60,000 bases of DNA from Lama guanicoe. Taxonomy: Eukaryota. Position 1 is the stretch's first letter; every line of letters starts with the position of its first letter. The notes beneath the pieces were generated by a model. It saw only the letters and a program-made list of their open reading frames with translations, did no database searches and was not told where the DNA came from. The stretch spans positions 2,691,026 through 2,751,025 of the forward strand of contig MU053933.1 in the NCBI GenBank assembly GCA_013239625.1, read 5' to 3'. The translations under genes were made by a program, and so were the position numbers. Below, piece by piece: positions 48,001 to 59,265 of the stretch.

Positions 48001-51000
48001 ACCACCCCTGTGCAGCCCCCTCCACACCTGCTACTCCCTCGCCTGCTCAGTCCTTCAACCCTCGCCAGCGGTGTTGAGCTCAGCCAGCGGCAGCGGGACT
48101 GCAGGTGGACCGGCCCCAGGGCAGGGGGAGGGCCCTCAGGGGGTGGGGGGCGTCTGGGGTCAGACAGTCTGGGGAGCAAAGGAGTCTAACTCGGGGTCAA
48201 GCAGGGAGAGGGGGAGCCTGCGGATTTGCAGACACTGGCCGACATCTGATGAGTGAGGGACCATCCTTGCAGACATCGGGACACGGCTCGTCACAGCAAC
48301 GGGGACAGGGAAGGCACGGATCCCAAGGCCAGGCCCCCCGGGCCTTGGCTGGGTTGGAGGCACAGACGCTGGCCGCGGATGCTGAGGGCTTCGCGGTTTC
48401 CTCTGACAGAAGGGTACCCGCGAGGGCTTGAGAGGAGCCGAGCCCTCACCTGCTTACACAGCTGGCTGCCTTGGGGAGAAGTGGGGAGGGGCGGGGGGCC
48501 AGGCTCTGGGGGGATTTGAGAGGGGCAGCCCCTGGCTTGCTGATGGACAGAACATCCCTAAACAGACTCAGGGATGGGGCCCTGGGGTTCCCCAGGCTTA
48601 CAGTGCCCAGCCCAGGCAGGAGCCCCCCAAGGAGGGCAGGGAATGGGGCTGGATGCCCCAGGAAAGGTGCCCCTCCGTCAGACAGGACAGGTCCCCATGG
48701 AGATGGAGGGTCAGCAGCGTGGTGGGGTGAGTTCAGTGGAAGCGGGCAGAGGGACGTGCAGGATCCTCCAGGATCTGCCGCCCTCGCTCCCCAAGGCCCC
48801 TGGCTCCCAGCCGGCCCCCCACTCTCCTGCCTGATACCAGTCCCAACCCCCACCCCCATTACCTCTGGCAGAACCACAGCACCCTGAGCCTGGCCTGCCC
48901 CACCCCCACCTGCTGCTCACCCACCCACCCAACAAATGGTGCCTGGGATCCTTCACGGAGGCCACTGGGACCAGGACAAGCGAGTTAATAACACACATCT
49001 CCAAACAGTGTGACAGCTGGGCCTGAGGGGCGCCGGGCAGCAGGGCTGCAGGAAGGCCCTTGTAGAGGGGGTGACCTGCAGGTGGCAGGACAGGCCCCAG
49101 GAGTGCGATGGCAAAGGTGTGTCGGGAGAGGCTGAGCTGCAGGCCACACAGGGCCTGCTCTCCTCTCCTGGGAAGCCCCTCCTGGCCACACTGCTGTCAC
49201 ATTCGACCTAGTCCCCTGCAATCAGGCCACAATCCACCCCCTGCTCGGGGGACACTTGGCTCTGAGTCCTTAGGGAGGCCAGTGCCTGCACGAGGCTGAC
49301 ATCATCCTGGGCATTGGCGGCCGCGGAGGGAGCAGGTGGGGGTAGGGGTGATGCCGTCTCGCAGGTGCCCCTTCCCCACCCACACTAAGGCACATCCCAG
49401 ACAAGAATGCTGGTCCCCGCCCAGCAAGGGAGAGGGCGCCGTCCTCCCCGCCCTCCGCTCTCACTCGCTCCCGCGTTTGTGCGGCCGACCCCAGCGAGGA
49501 CCGCTCCGGGCCCGGCACCACGGCCGCACGGAAGTGACCCTGCACTTGCGCCTGCTGACCACATCCCAGGCTCGGGGTGGCTGCCCTGGGTTTCCATCCT
49601 GCCTGCACCCGGCTGCAGGACGCCACCGTTCCCCCCCGGGCTGTGGTCCCCCATGAGCTCTGACCCCTAGGGCGTGTGGCCCCTCCTGCCCGCCTAGGGG
49701 CCGGGTCTGCGCTGCTGTCTCCCGTGGTCCCGCAGCCTGCAGCCCCGGCCTCCCGAGAGCAGGCCCTGCCTGGAGACACCTTCCCACTGAGTGGGCAAAG
49801 CCCCCGTCCTCCAGGGTCTCTGAGCAGTTGGCCCCTCAGAGGGCCCGCCCTGACTTTTGACTGGAGACAGGGCTAGGATTAGACAGAGCTGAGGTCACCC
49901 CCCGCGATGCCCAGCGGCCGTGGCCGTCCATGCGGGCTGTTTTTGAATCTCTCTGTTTTGTCAGTCCTGCTGTCTGCCCCCAGGAGCATGGAGGCCGAGG
50001 CGGCCGTGGCCGTGGAGGAGCTGGGGCTGGGGTTGAAAGGGGCTCTGTCCTCCACGGGCCCTCGGCCCTGGAGCAGCACACAGGGGCTTTGTTCTCTGGC
50101 CTGAGCCCCGGAAGACCCCTCCTCCAGCTGGGGCCCGCGGGGCCGTCTGGCAGGAATGGACATGTCTCTCCCAGCCGAGGTGCGGGCAGACGGGCCCCTC
50201 CTAGGCTCACTGCCCAAGAGTCAGCCAGTCTGCTGTCCTGACCCTTTCATGGCCGTGGGCCGAGCCAGTCTGACACCCTGCACGAGGGACCCCCTGACCC
50301 CAGCCGGGGCGAGGTGCGCCAGGACGGTCACTCACTGCACAGACTTGTGGGAGGGATGAGGGCGCTGGGACATCAGGGCGGCAGGGGGCCCGGGCCCCCA
50401 TCTCTCCCTCCTGTGCCTCCCTTACTTCTGCTGTCAGTATTCTGTCCTTCCTCTTCAAGACGCGTGCCGTCCCTGCCACACAGCGGAGCTCACACCTTAG
50501 CAGGCGCCCAGCTCATCGGGCCTGACCCCCAGTGACCTCGCGTCTGCCGCCCCTGCTCCCGCCTGGTCCCGTCAGTGCTGCTCAGAAATGCTACAACTGC
50601 CGTGCTCATAAACCCAGGACCCCCGCGGCCCGCCCGGCCCCTGGTCTTCCCCCTTCGCGCACCCCACCCTGCAGAACCATCTCCCTCAGGGCTTGGGTCA
50701 CATCCTCTGAGTCACCGCTGATGACGCCCACTGCAGTCCCTGGCTGGACACCGAGGTCCTTTCTCTCTTCTCCCGGCCCCCCCGCCTCATCCCTGGCTAG
50801 AGCGACCGCAGCTGCACATCCCACGAGCACCACTCCCACGGGCTCTGTTCACAGGCTGCTTCCTTACCCTTTGCTGCCTGATAAGTATGTTGAGCCTTTG
50901 AAGCCCAGTTCACATGACACCTGTTCCAGGAAGCCTCCCCTGACTGCCTGGGGTAAACGTTTCCCCCCCAAGATGTAATAAGGAGCTCAGGTCTGAGGGC

Positions 51001-52568
51001 CCGACAGCCGGCTCCAAGGCCTGCCGCGCCATTTCCACACGGCTTTCCACATCACCACCCGAGAGTCAAGCACCCACTGTGTGGCAGGTGCTGGGTTACT
51101 TAATGAGAACCGTGCGGGGTGCTTCCTGGGAGCAGCACCAGGAGCTGTGGGTGACGGGGCCGAGGACAAGGCTAGGTGGTGGGTCAGCATGAGGACGTTC
51201 AGGTGAGACGCGGGCAGGATCCAGGGGCAGAGCAGGGGGATGGCCAGGAAACAGCACCTGGAAACTTGAAGCAGGAAGTAGGGGCCGTGGAAAGAAGCTC
51301 CGTGAGGCAGAAACACGGGGAGGGAGGAGAGTCCGGGGCCCGGAGACCCCGGGATGTGTCCTCAGGAGCCCACGGAAGGTCCTGAGATATCGAGGGAGCC
51401 TGGATGGCTCGAGGGCAAGGGGGAGCGAGGGTCCCATTGGGGGAGCTGCCATCGCCCAGGTGAGCAGGTCTTGAAGCAGGTGGTGGTGCAGACGCTGCAG
51501 TGGACAGGGATGCTCGGAGGCCAAGCTCACAAGACAGAACTGGGTGTAAGGGAGATGGGAGGAGGTTTTCAGCAGCCCTGGCCGCTCCGGCTCTGGGTAT
51601 GCAGACACTCAGTTTCCTTGGAAGGGGATCTGGGGAAAGATGAAGCGTTGTCTTACACACGTGCAGTGTGTTCGGGCGGAGCCGCCCTCCAGTCCTGGGG
51701 CTCTGAGGAAGCCGGGCTGGGAGGGAGCCCGGGGAGACCCTCGGCCCCCAGGGTGGGGAGGGGCACCCACTCCCGGACACATAGGAAGCCCAGGCGGGGT
51801 CAGGGCTTCTCATCTGTGTAATGGAAGCAAAAGTACCGGACTTGCTGGCTCCCGCTAGGGACAGGGTAGCGGCACAGGACGGCTTCTGGAGCCCTGACCC
51901 CATGCGCAGGCCGCTGCAGGCCCTGTCCACGTTGCCCGGTGCCCAGGAACCCCCAGGGCTGCGCTGCCCCTTTTCTTTGGGACGCCAGCCCCAGTGAGGC
52001 GCCCAGGGTGTGGGCCCTCCCCTGGGCTGTGATGCTCAGTGTGAGCATCAGACAGAGCTGCTTGGACAGAGCCAGTGTGCAGACTGCCAGGGGAGGCCAG
52101 GGTGCAGGAGGGTCAAATCTGGGGAGGTGAGACATCTTCAAGAAACAGGAAGGCAAGAAAGCCGGGACTTGCCACAACACAGAGCCCCTTGTGACATAAA
52201 GAATCCGGGTAATGTGCGGGCTCAGGGAGACAGACGTTTTGCTCCCAGAAGGACGTTCTGGTATTAGAGCAAAATCAGTCAGGACCTGGGGCTTTTTCAG
52301 CGGCCAAGAATAATCGTCTCATTGTTACCAGAGGCCGGGAAGTAGGAAATATTTTCAGGTACAGTTGCCCAAATTATGGCTGGCTGCCCTTTGAAATATG
52401 AAATCCTCCCAGATTCAGTTCAAATTGCCTCAGTCCACAGAGGAGACGCGGGTTTCCCGTCCAAGTTACTGTCCCAGTTTAGTGAGAACAAGCTACCTCG
52501 CCACAAAGAGAGAACGTTTCCCTAAGCATGTGTTCACTGAAGGGTTTTTTGAACCTGTTTATTTTGAA

Positions 52569-53395
52569 CAATGAGGTGTCACCTCACACCAGTCAGAATG
52601 ACCATCATTCAAAAGTCCACAAGTGACAAATGCTGGAGAGGCTGTGGAGAAAAGAGAACCCTCCTACACTGCTGGTGGGAATGCAGTTTGGTGCAGCCAC
52701 TGTGGAAAACAGTGTGGAGATTCCTCAAAAGACTAGACTAGACTTACCGTATGACCCAGGAATCCTGCTCCTGGGCATATATCCAGAAGGAACCCTACTT
52801 CAAAATGACACTGGCACCCCAATGTTCATAGCAGCACTATTTACAATAGCCAAGACATGGAAACAACATAAATGTCCATCAGTGGATGACTGGGTAAAGA
52901 AGATGTGGTGTATTTATACAATGGAACACTACTCGGCCATAAAGAAGAAAAATCATGCCATTTGCAGCAACATGGATGGACCTAGAGATCATCATTCTAA
53001 GTCAAATAAGACAGAAAGAGAAAGAAAAATACCATGTGATATCACTCATATGTGGAATCTAAAAAAAAAAAGGACAAATGAACTTTTATATAAAACAGAA
53101 ACAGACTCACAGACACAGAAAACAAACTTACGGTTACGGGGGAGGGAAGGGATAAATTGGGAGTTTGAGATTTGCAGATACCAACTTATATACATAAAAT
53201 AGATAAATGACAAGGTCTTACTGTGCAGCACAGGGAACCATATTCAACATCTTGTAGTGACCTAGAATGAAAAAGAATATGAAAAGGAATCTGTGTGTGT
53301 TCGTGTGTGACCGGAGCACGGTGCTGTGCACCAGAAATTGACACAATGTTGCAAACTGACTGTATTTTAATAATATAAAAAGCAGGAAATAAAAG
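52569..53395 (+). mobile_element. Relatively young 5'-truncated LINE-1 3' end
   Basis: Well-preserved ORF2 C-terminus (LPYDPGILLLGIYP...PMFIAALFTIAKTWKQ...DWVKKMW), 3' UTR and A-rich end. Confidence 0.93.
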
Positions 53396-55825
53396 GATAC
53401 AGAAGTACACACACACACTAAAAACTGAATTTTGAAATAAGCAGCCTTACAGGAACGGCCCTGGAACCCCCCCAGCCTCCCCGCGTGGCAGCGTCGGCAG
53501 GACCGCGGCACCGGGGGAGACCAGGAAGTCACCACTGACGCACGGCTGTCACCAAAGCGCGGGCTCGGCGGGCGTTCGCCAGCTCTCACTGAAGCCCTTC
53601 CCTCTTCCAGGGCCCGGTCCGGGCTGAGGACACACCTCGCCTTGCCGCCCTGAAGGCCCGCGTGACGAAGCCCTGGAGCGAGGACGGAAACCAGCCGACG
53701 GCAAGCAAGACACCCCTCGGGTTTCCCTTCAGAAGGAAGAATAGCTTTCTTTTTCTCTTTCTTTTTTATCATGAGCTTTTTTGCATTAATTTTGATGCAA
53801 ATTTTGACCCCTGAGTTTCTTGGCATCTTCCCGCTGAAATCTGCCACGAGCAGGCACGGGTGTGTGTGCGGCCGAGTGCGTGCCTGTGTGTACACGTCCG
53901 TCTCCGGCCCTCCTGGTGGCTGGGGGCCGGGCTGGGGGCTGGGGGCCTGGAGCAGGGACTGCTCACCTGCTGCAGGTGAGCAGGGGACGGGACTGGTCTT
54001 AGCCCCCCGGGCCTCCGCATCGCCCTGGATGGTGCAGTGGACAACGCAGTGGGGTGACAAGGGGCCCTGTGTCCTAAGGCACAGGGAAGAAGAGGTGGCC
54101 TTCATCCACATTCAGACTCTGGCAGGACGGCCGGGCCTGCTGCCCACTGTGCGCTGCCCGAGAGCCCTCGGGAGCCGGGTCTTTCCCACAGTGCGTCTGG
54201 ACCTGCACCCGCCATCCTGTTGCGCGGACCTGAAGGCACAGGTTTAACCGCGCCTTCCCATCGCGGCCAGAGCCCAGGCCCTTCCCGGCGAGACCAGGCC
54301 TCGGCGTGTCTGCCCTTCGACTCAGCTGTTGGCTTCACCAGCTGTGTTGCTTCCACCTGAGCCCCGGAGCGCTGGTCAGGCTTGCTGACCCCACCGATCA
54401 CAGGGCCCGCCTGGACACCGACTCTCAGGCCCGAGTCATCTCCCTTAGAACCTCCTTCTTGTTAAAGGGAGTCGACGGGAAGCAGGTGGGAAGAGCACGC
54501 TTGGGTCCCTCTCCCGGTGTTAAACGGGGCTGGAGACCAGCCCTGAGGGCAGCTGCAGGTTCTCTTCTCAGGTAGATGATCATGGAGGCGCTGAAGGAGT
54601 TAGCCTGGGCCTCCGACACCTGCTGGGCCTCAAGGCACAGGTGCCTCGGGGGCCTTGAGAGCAGAGGGGCGGCAGGTGCCAAGCCCTGTGACCCCCCAGA
54701 GGCACTGGCTGCGCCCCTCCCCTCTCCAGGGCCCAGAGCGGAGCAGTGGTGCAGGGGCGGTGACAGTTGGCGCCGCGACCCCATCTCCCGGGGCCCAAGG
54801 TGGGCGCCAAGCCTCACTGCAGGGAGGACCGCCAGCAGCCGGTGAGCAGGGCCGGCGAAACCAGACATCAGCGTCCGCGGGTGGGACTGAGAGCCCCGTC
54901 AGGGTGCCTGATCAAAGAAAGACCCCAGGACCAGAGGCCACAGCCAGGTCTCACCCGCAGCCCCAGGGCAGCCCCGCTCGGGCGCAGCTGGAGCTGATCA
55001 CAGACCTGCCCTTTGCCCAACTCCTCCCCCAAGACCCTCCCCAGACCCCCTGGAGCTGCATCTCCACACCTGTCCCCAGGCACGGGGGTCCTGGCCCCTC
55101 CCTCTGCTCAGACCCGGGGTGGCAGCCCCCGTGGACCCGATTCTGCCATGTGCCACCCCCTTGGAGAGTCCCAGGGAGGGCCCCCAAGCCCTGCCCCTCA
55201 GCCTGGGGGAGACAGGATGTCCACGAGGCCGGCCTGCTCCCAGGGGTGTGATCCAGGCTCTGCCCTGGCCCTTCAGTTTCCCGAATAGGAGCAAGAACCT
55301 GGACCATCATCCAAGACCCCCCATGGGCAAAAAGCGCCCACTGAACAGCCTCAGAACCGGCCCCATCCCCATGGTTTCTGAACAAATCGCCCCAAGTACA
55401 GTGAGTCAGCCTGCCCGCCTTTGAGGCACAAAATTTAGAAGCTTCTGTGGCTCCACACTTGGAGAGAAAGAAGAGATCTCCCAGGTGTGCTCATTGCTCC
55501 CAAGAAGGAGAGTTGCCCGCCACAGGAATGTCTGGAAACCTTGCCGTCTGCACAACCTTCTGTGGAATTCGCCGGGAGGGCTTCCGGGGACGGTGGAGGG
55601 AGGGGTGCTGGCTCCTCCTCTCTGAGGATGCCGGACGTCCCACAGCAGAGCTGAGATCGGCCAGCACGGTGGACAGGCAGCCCCGACCTGCCCCCATGGG
55701 AGCGAGTCCACCTGGAGCCAGACCCCGCAGCCCCACCTAGCCCTGGGGTGGCGCGGCCCAGAGACCCCCGCTGCGCCGGCCCGGCTCAGCCCTGCCAGGA
55801 CAGCAAAGGCCACTGTTACTGTCAG

Positions 55826-55882
55826 ACCTGGGTTCAGGGGAGCGCGTTTGCACACTGGGGGTGTGTCAACAGTAACAGTGAG
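55826..55882 (+). repeat. 57-bp dispersed direct repeat, copy 1
   Basis: 56/57 identical to 56853-56909. Confidence 0.92.
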
Positions 55883-55961
55883 ACTCCCCAGACCAGGGGA
55901 GGAGGTCCCTCCGGAGTGGCTGCTCACAGGGACTGGGTCGGCCCTGCACACAGACACGCTT

Positions 55962-56363
55962 TGTTGTGGGGTGAATCGTGTCCACCCAGAAAGATGCGTT
56001 GGAGTCCTAACACCCCACAGCGTGACCGTGGCCTCACTCGGACATTGAGAGGTCGTAGGGCGGACCCTAATCCAGTATGGCAGTGTCCTTACAGAAAGGG
56101 GACATTTGGACACAGAGGCACACGCGTGCAGAGGGGTCATGTGGTGGCGGAGGCAGAGACTGGAGGGACACGGCCACAAGCCAAGCGCCGGGGCCCTGGA
56201 GCTGGAAGGGGCAGGAGGGGCCTCCCCCAGAGCCTCGGCAGCGGCCGGCCCTGCGACACCTTGACCTCAGGCGTCTGGTCTCCAGGACGGCGAGGGGTAA
56301 GTGTCTGCTGTTTGAAGCCATCGGGTTTGTGGCGCTTTCCTGCCTCCCCGGGAAACCAGTACA
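55962..56363 (+). mobile_element. MLT1B/C-like solo LTR
   Basis: TGT...ACA termini. Contains ccctaatccagtatg..gtgtccttacagaaagggga and tgttgtttgaagcc-like 3' part. Confidence 0.85.
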
Positions 56364-56852
56364 GTTTTCTGCACCTTTTGAGAGTAAATGCAAAACCAAC
56401 ACCGACTCCAAAGAGCAGCATTTTTGCTGAATAAATTAGCCTCGGCCTAGCGCTGTTAGCTGGACAAGCAAAAGTTCTCTTTGAGCGACTTGGAAGCTTG
56501 CAGCTTTTAGAGATTACGTTTATGTTAAGTGACCGTGGGCTTGGTTTCCTTCAGGCTGTTGCTGTCTGAGAGCGGGCGTGCCCTGAGCCGGTGCCCGCCT
56601 CCCGTGTGCAAGAACCCTGGGCAGCCTCTGCACCGAGACAGGCGCCAGGTCTCCGGCAGGCTGTGCCCCGAGACGGCTCTGGCCCTGGGACCCCAGGGCC
56701 AGGCCTCACGAGTGTGAGCTCATGAGCACACCCCGAAGTGTCTGAATTCAGCTACGACTGCGTGAATTATGTCGACCTGAATCCAGTCTTTACTGACCCA
56801 TCCCTCCTGCTTCATAATTTCCTGGACGTTCCAATGATGTCTCCAGCTGAAC

Positions 56853-56909
56853 ACCTGGATTCAGGGGAGCGCGTTTGCACACTGGGGGTGTGTCAACAGT
56901 AACAGTGAG
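56853..56909 (+). repeat. 57-bp dispersed direct repeat, copy 2
   Basis: 56/57 identical to 55826-55882. Confidence 0.92.
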
Positions 56910-57580
56910 TCTAAACGAATATAAAGTTAACACTGACCTGAAACTAACGGATACGTAATGAGATTTCATGTTGGAGCTGTGTAGTTTGTGACCGACTTTG
57001 GAGCGCATCTCCAACACGATGCAGTCAGACCGCCGTGCGCAGGCGTGATGCCCTTCTGCGGGATGTGCTTCTGCCCGGGTGTGAACGCCCCCTTGAAGGC
57101 TTCCGCATTCGAACACCTGCGCACACCGGGTGCAGCTCCCCCCGCGAGCCGCCCCGGTGACGGCAGCTGCTGCCTGGGAGGGACTCTGATCCACCCTCTG
57201 GGGCGGGAAGGTTCATTCAGAGTCACGGGCGGGAGTCCCAGGCCCCGGGGCCCCCGGAGGATCCCGCGTGCACAGGGTCCACTAGGCAAACCCACTCAAT
57301 GCTCTTCTGTCCCCGGACTCCGGGGACTAGCGGCATCACGGAAACACACACGCTGCTGGGAAAGGAGGCCCCACGTGGTCAGAGCACCAGCCGCTGGGCA
57401 GCAAGACAGGGAGAAGGAAGCGCGTCACTGTCTGCTCGTTCTGTTCTGATGAAAGTCCTTGCATTCACGGCTCCCGCTTTTCTGAGTACCAGCCTTTTCC
57501 TTCTCAGTCCCACTTTCCTGTTTTCTTATTAATGTTCGGCACCTTGCATACACGTGGTCACATCAAACAGCCTGTTGTTT

Positions 57581-57726
57581 AATTTATTTTTTAAAGCAAA
57601 TTTGTTGTTGTTGTTGTGGGGGGGGGTGAGTAGGCTTGTTTATTTGTTTAGTGGAGGTACGAGGGACTGAACCCAGGACCGCGAGCACACTGGGCGTGCG
57701 TTCCGACACTGAGCGCTATCCTCCCC
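57581..57726 (-). mobile_element. tRNA-derived SINE (Vic-1-like), reverse strand
   Basis: Reverse head GGGGAGGATAGCGCTCAG, B box GGTTCAGTCCC and T-rich tail. The 10-mer aacagcctgt on both sides (57566-57575, 57731-57740) is a probable TSD. Confidence 0.85.
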
Positions 57727-58269
57727 TGAGAACAGCCTGTGCAGTTGGCACCCGTGAAGTGACCAGAGGACCCCAGTTTAAATCATAACTCGTTACACAG
57801 GAGGCACCTCGCACACGGGTCTCAGTGCCTCCTGGTCCAGCGTCAGGAGCAGCCGCGGGGCTGGCGCCCAGATCCGAGAGCCGGGGGGTCCCGGGGCTGT
57901 GACGGCCCTTCCCCTTCGTTTGTCCCAGGGTCACAGCGGGCAGCTGCGGACGGTCATCCCCAGGAGAGTGTTTTAAATAAATCGGTACAGCTTGAAGGAG
58001 AGAGAAAAAGACCTCTTTACCTTCAGAAAGGCCTGGATCGACTGCTGGTGTGGCCGCAGGACCGGAGAGACCAACCAAACGGCCATACAAGCGCAGGCCG
58101 GGGCATTTGTCTGGAATTCCTGATGTTCCTACAATAACCCACGATCAGGGCTGAATTCTACTTTCTAAAAGGAGCTCAGGTGTCTGTCTCCCAACACACT
58201 CGTGCTGAGTGCAAAGGCGGCTGGGGAGTGTCAGGAATTGTAACGAAATGGGATCAAAATGCAGCAGTT

Positions 58270-58415
58270 GGGGGGAGGGCACAGCTCAGGGGTAAAGCGA
58301 GTGCTCAGCGTGCACGGGGTCCTGGGTTCAATCCCCGGTGCCTCCAATAAAAGTGAATAAACCTAATGGCTCACCTCAAAACAACAAAAAACAAATTAAA
58401 AAATTTAAAAGAAAA
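58270..58415 (+). mobile_element. tRNA-derived SINE (Vic-1-like)
   Basis: GGGGAGGGCACAGCTCAG head, B box GGTTCAATCCCC, A-rich tail. Confidence 0.88.
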
Positions 58416-58473
58416 CAATAGTTCACACCAGCATCGTTGGTGGTGTAGACCTTTAAACTCCGCCCCAAACGCT

Positions 58474-58785
58474 TGTGCTGTGGACTGAGGGTCTGTGTCC
58501 CCCAAATCCCTGTGCTGAGGCCCCACCCCCATGTGACGGTGTTAGGAGGCGGGGCGTCTGGAGGCGGTCTGGGTGTGAGGGTGGAGCCTCAGGGCGGGAG
58601 CAGTGCCCAGAAGGGGCCCTGAGAGCCCCCGCCCCTTTCCCACGTGGGGGCCCAGGGGTCCCCTCACCCGACCCTGCAGCACGTGGCCTGGGCTCCCAGC
58701 CCACACCGCTGTGACCATCAGAACGTGAGAGATCCGTTTCTGTAAGCCTCCCCGCCTGGGAGTTTGTTAGTGCAGCCTGAGTTCA
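58474..58785 (+). mobile_element. MLT1A-like solo LTR
   Basis: tgctgtggactga..tgtgtccccc aaat...gtgacggtgttaggagg...tgtaagcc...tttgtta..gcagcctga pattern. Confidence 0.75.
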
Positions 58786-59074
58786 GCTGGAGCAGTTTTT
58801 AGGTCTTTACAACAGCATGATGTCATCTGTACGTCAGAAATCCCCATTTACAGACTAACAAGGGAGGAGCATGGTACCTTACAGTCATTTGCATGATGTT
58901 TAATTAGCAGCATCAGGTCAGGAAATGGCCAAACGGGGAGTGACGAATGCGCAGTCTTTTTCTATCATGTGTTTCCAAAGGTTGACACGGGAGACTCCAA
59001 ATTTGACAGTTAAAATGATTATTAGGGAAAACAGATAGGATTTACTGAAGACGGGGACTTGGCTCCTTTAAATT

Positions 59075-59265
59075 CTTTTTAAATTAGTAAACGTTACTTT
59101 TGAGCACTTTAGGTCTGCAGATAAAGCGGGGAGCAGGGCGGCGTTCCCACCGCCCCCCACCCTCTTCCGCTCAGTGACATCCGTGCGCTGATCTGTTAGA
59201 ACTGGAGTCAGACTGATACGTTATTATAAACTAAAACGCACAGTTTACATCAGGACCCACTCTTA
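59075..59265 (-). mobile_element. Old L1 (L1MC/MB-like) 3' end fragment, antisense
   Basis: ttattataaactaaa...cagtttacatcagg..cactctt resembles reverse L1M 3' ends. Confidence 0.55.

Noticed and set aside
40840..53202. 277-aa (40840-41673) and 190-aa (52630-53202) ORFs as novel genes
   Set aside because: They are frameshifted remnants of the L1 ORF2 C-terminus in 5'-truncated copies, with no RT or endonuclease domain.
56830..56945. C/D-box snoRNA-like motifs (ATGATG...CTGA)
   Set aside because: The C box is imperfect, there is no terminal stem and no host intron, and I recognise no rRNA/snRNA guide complementarity.
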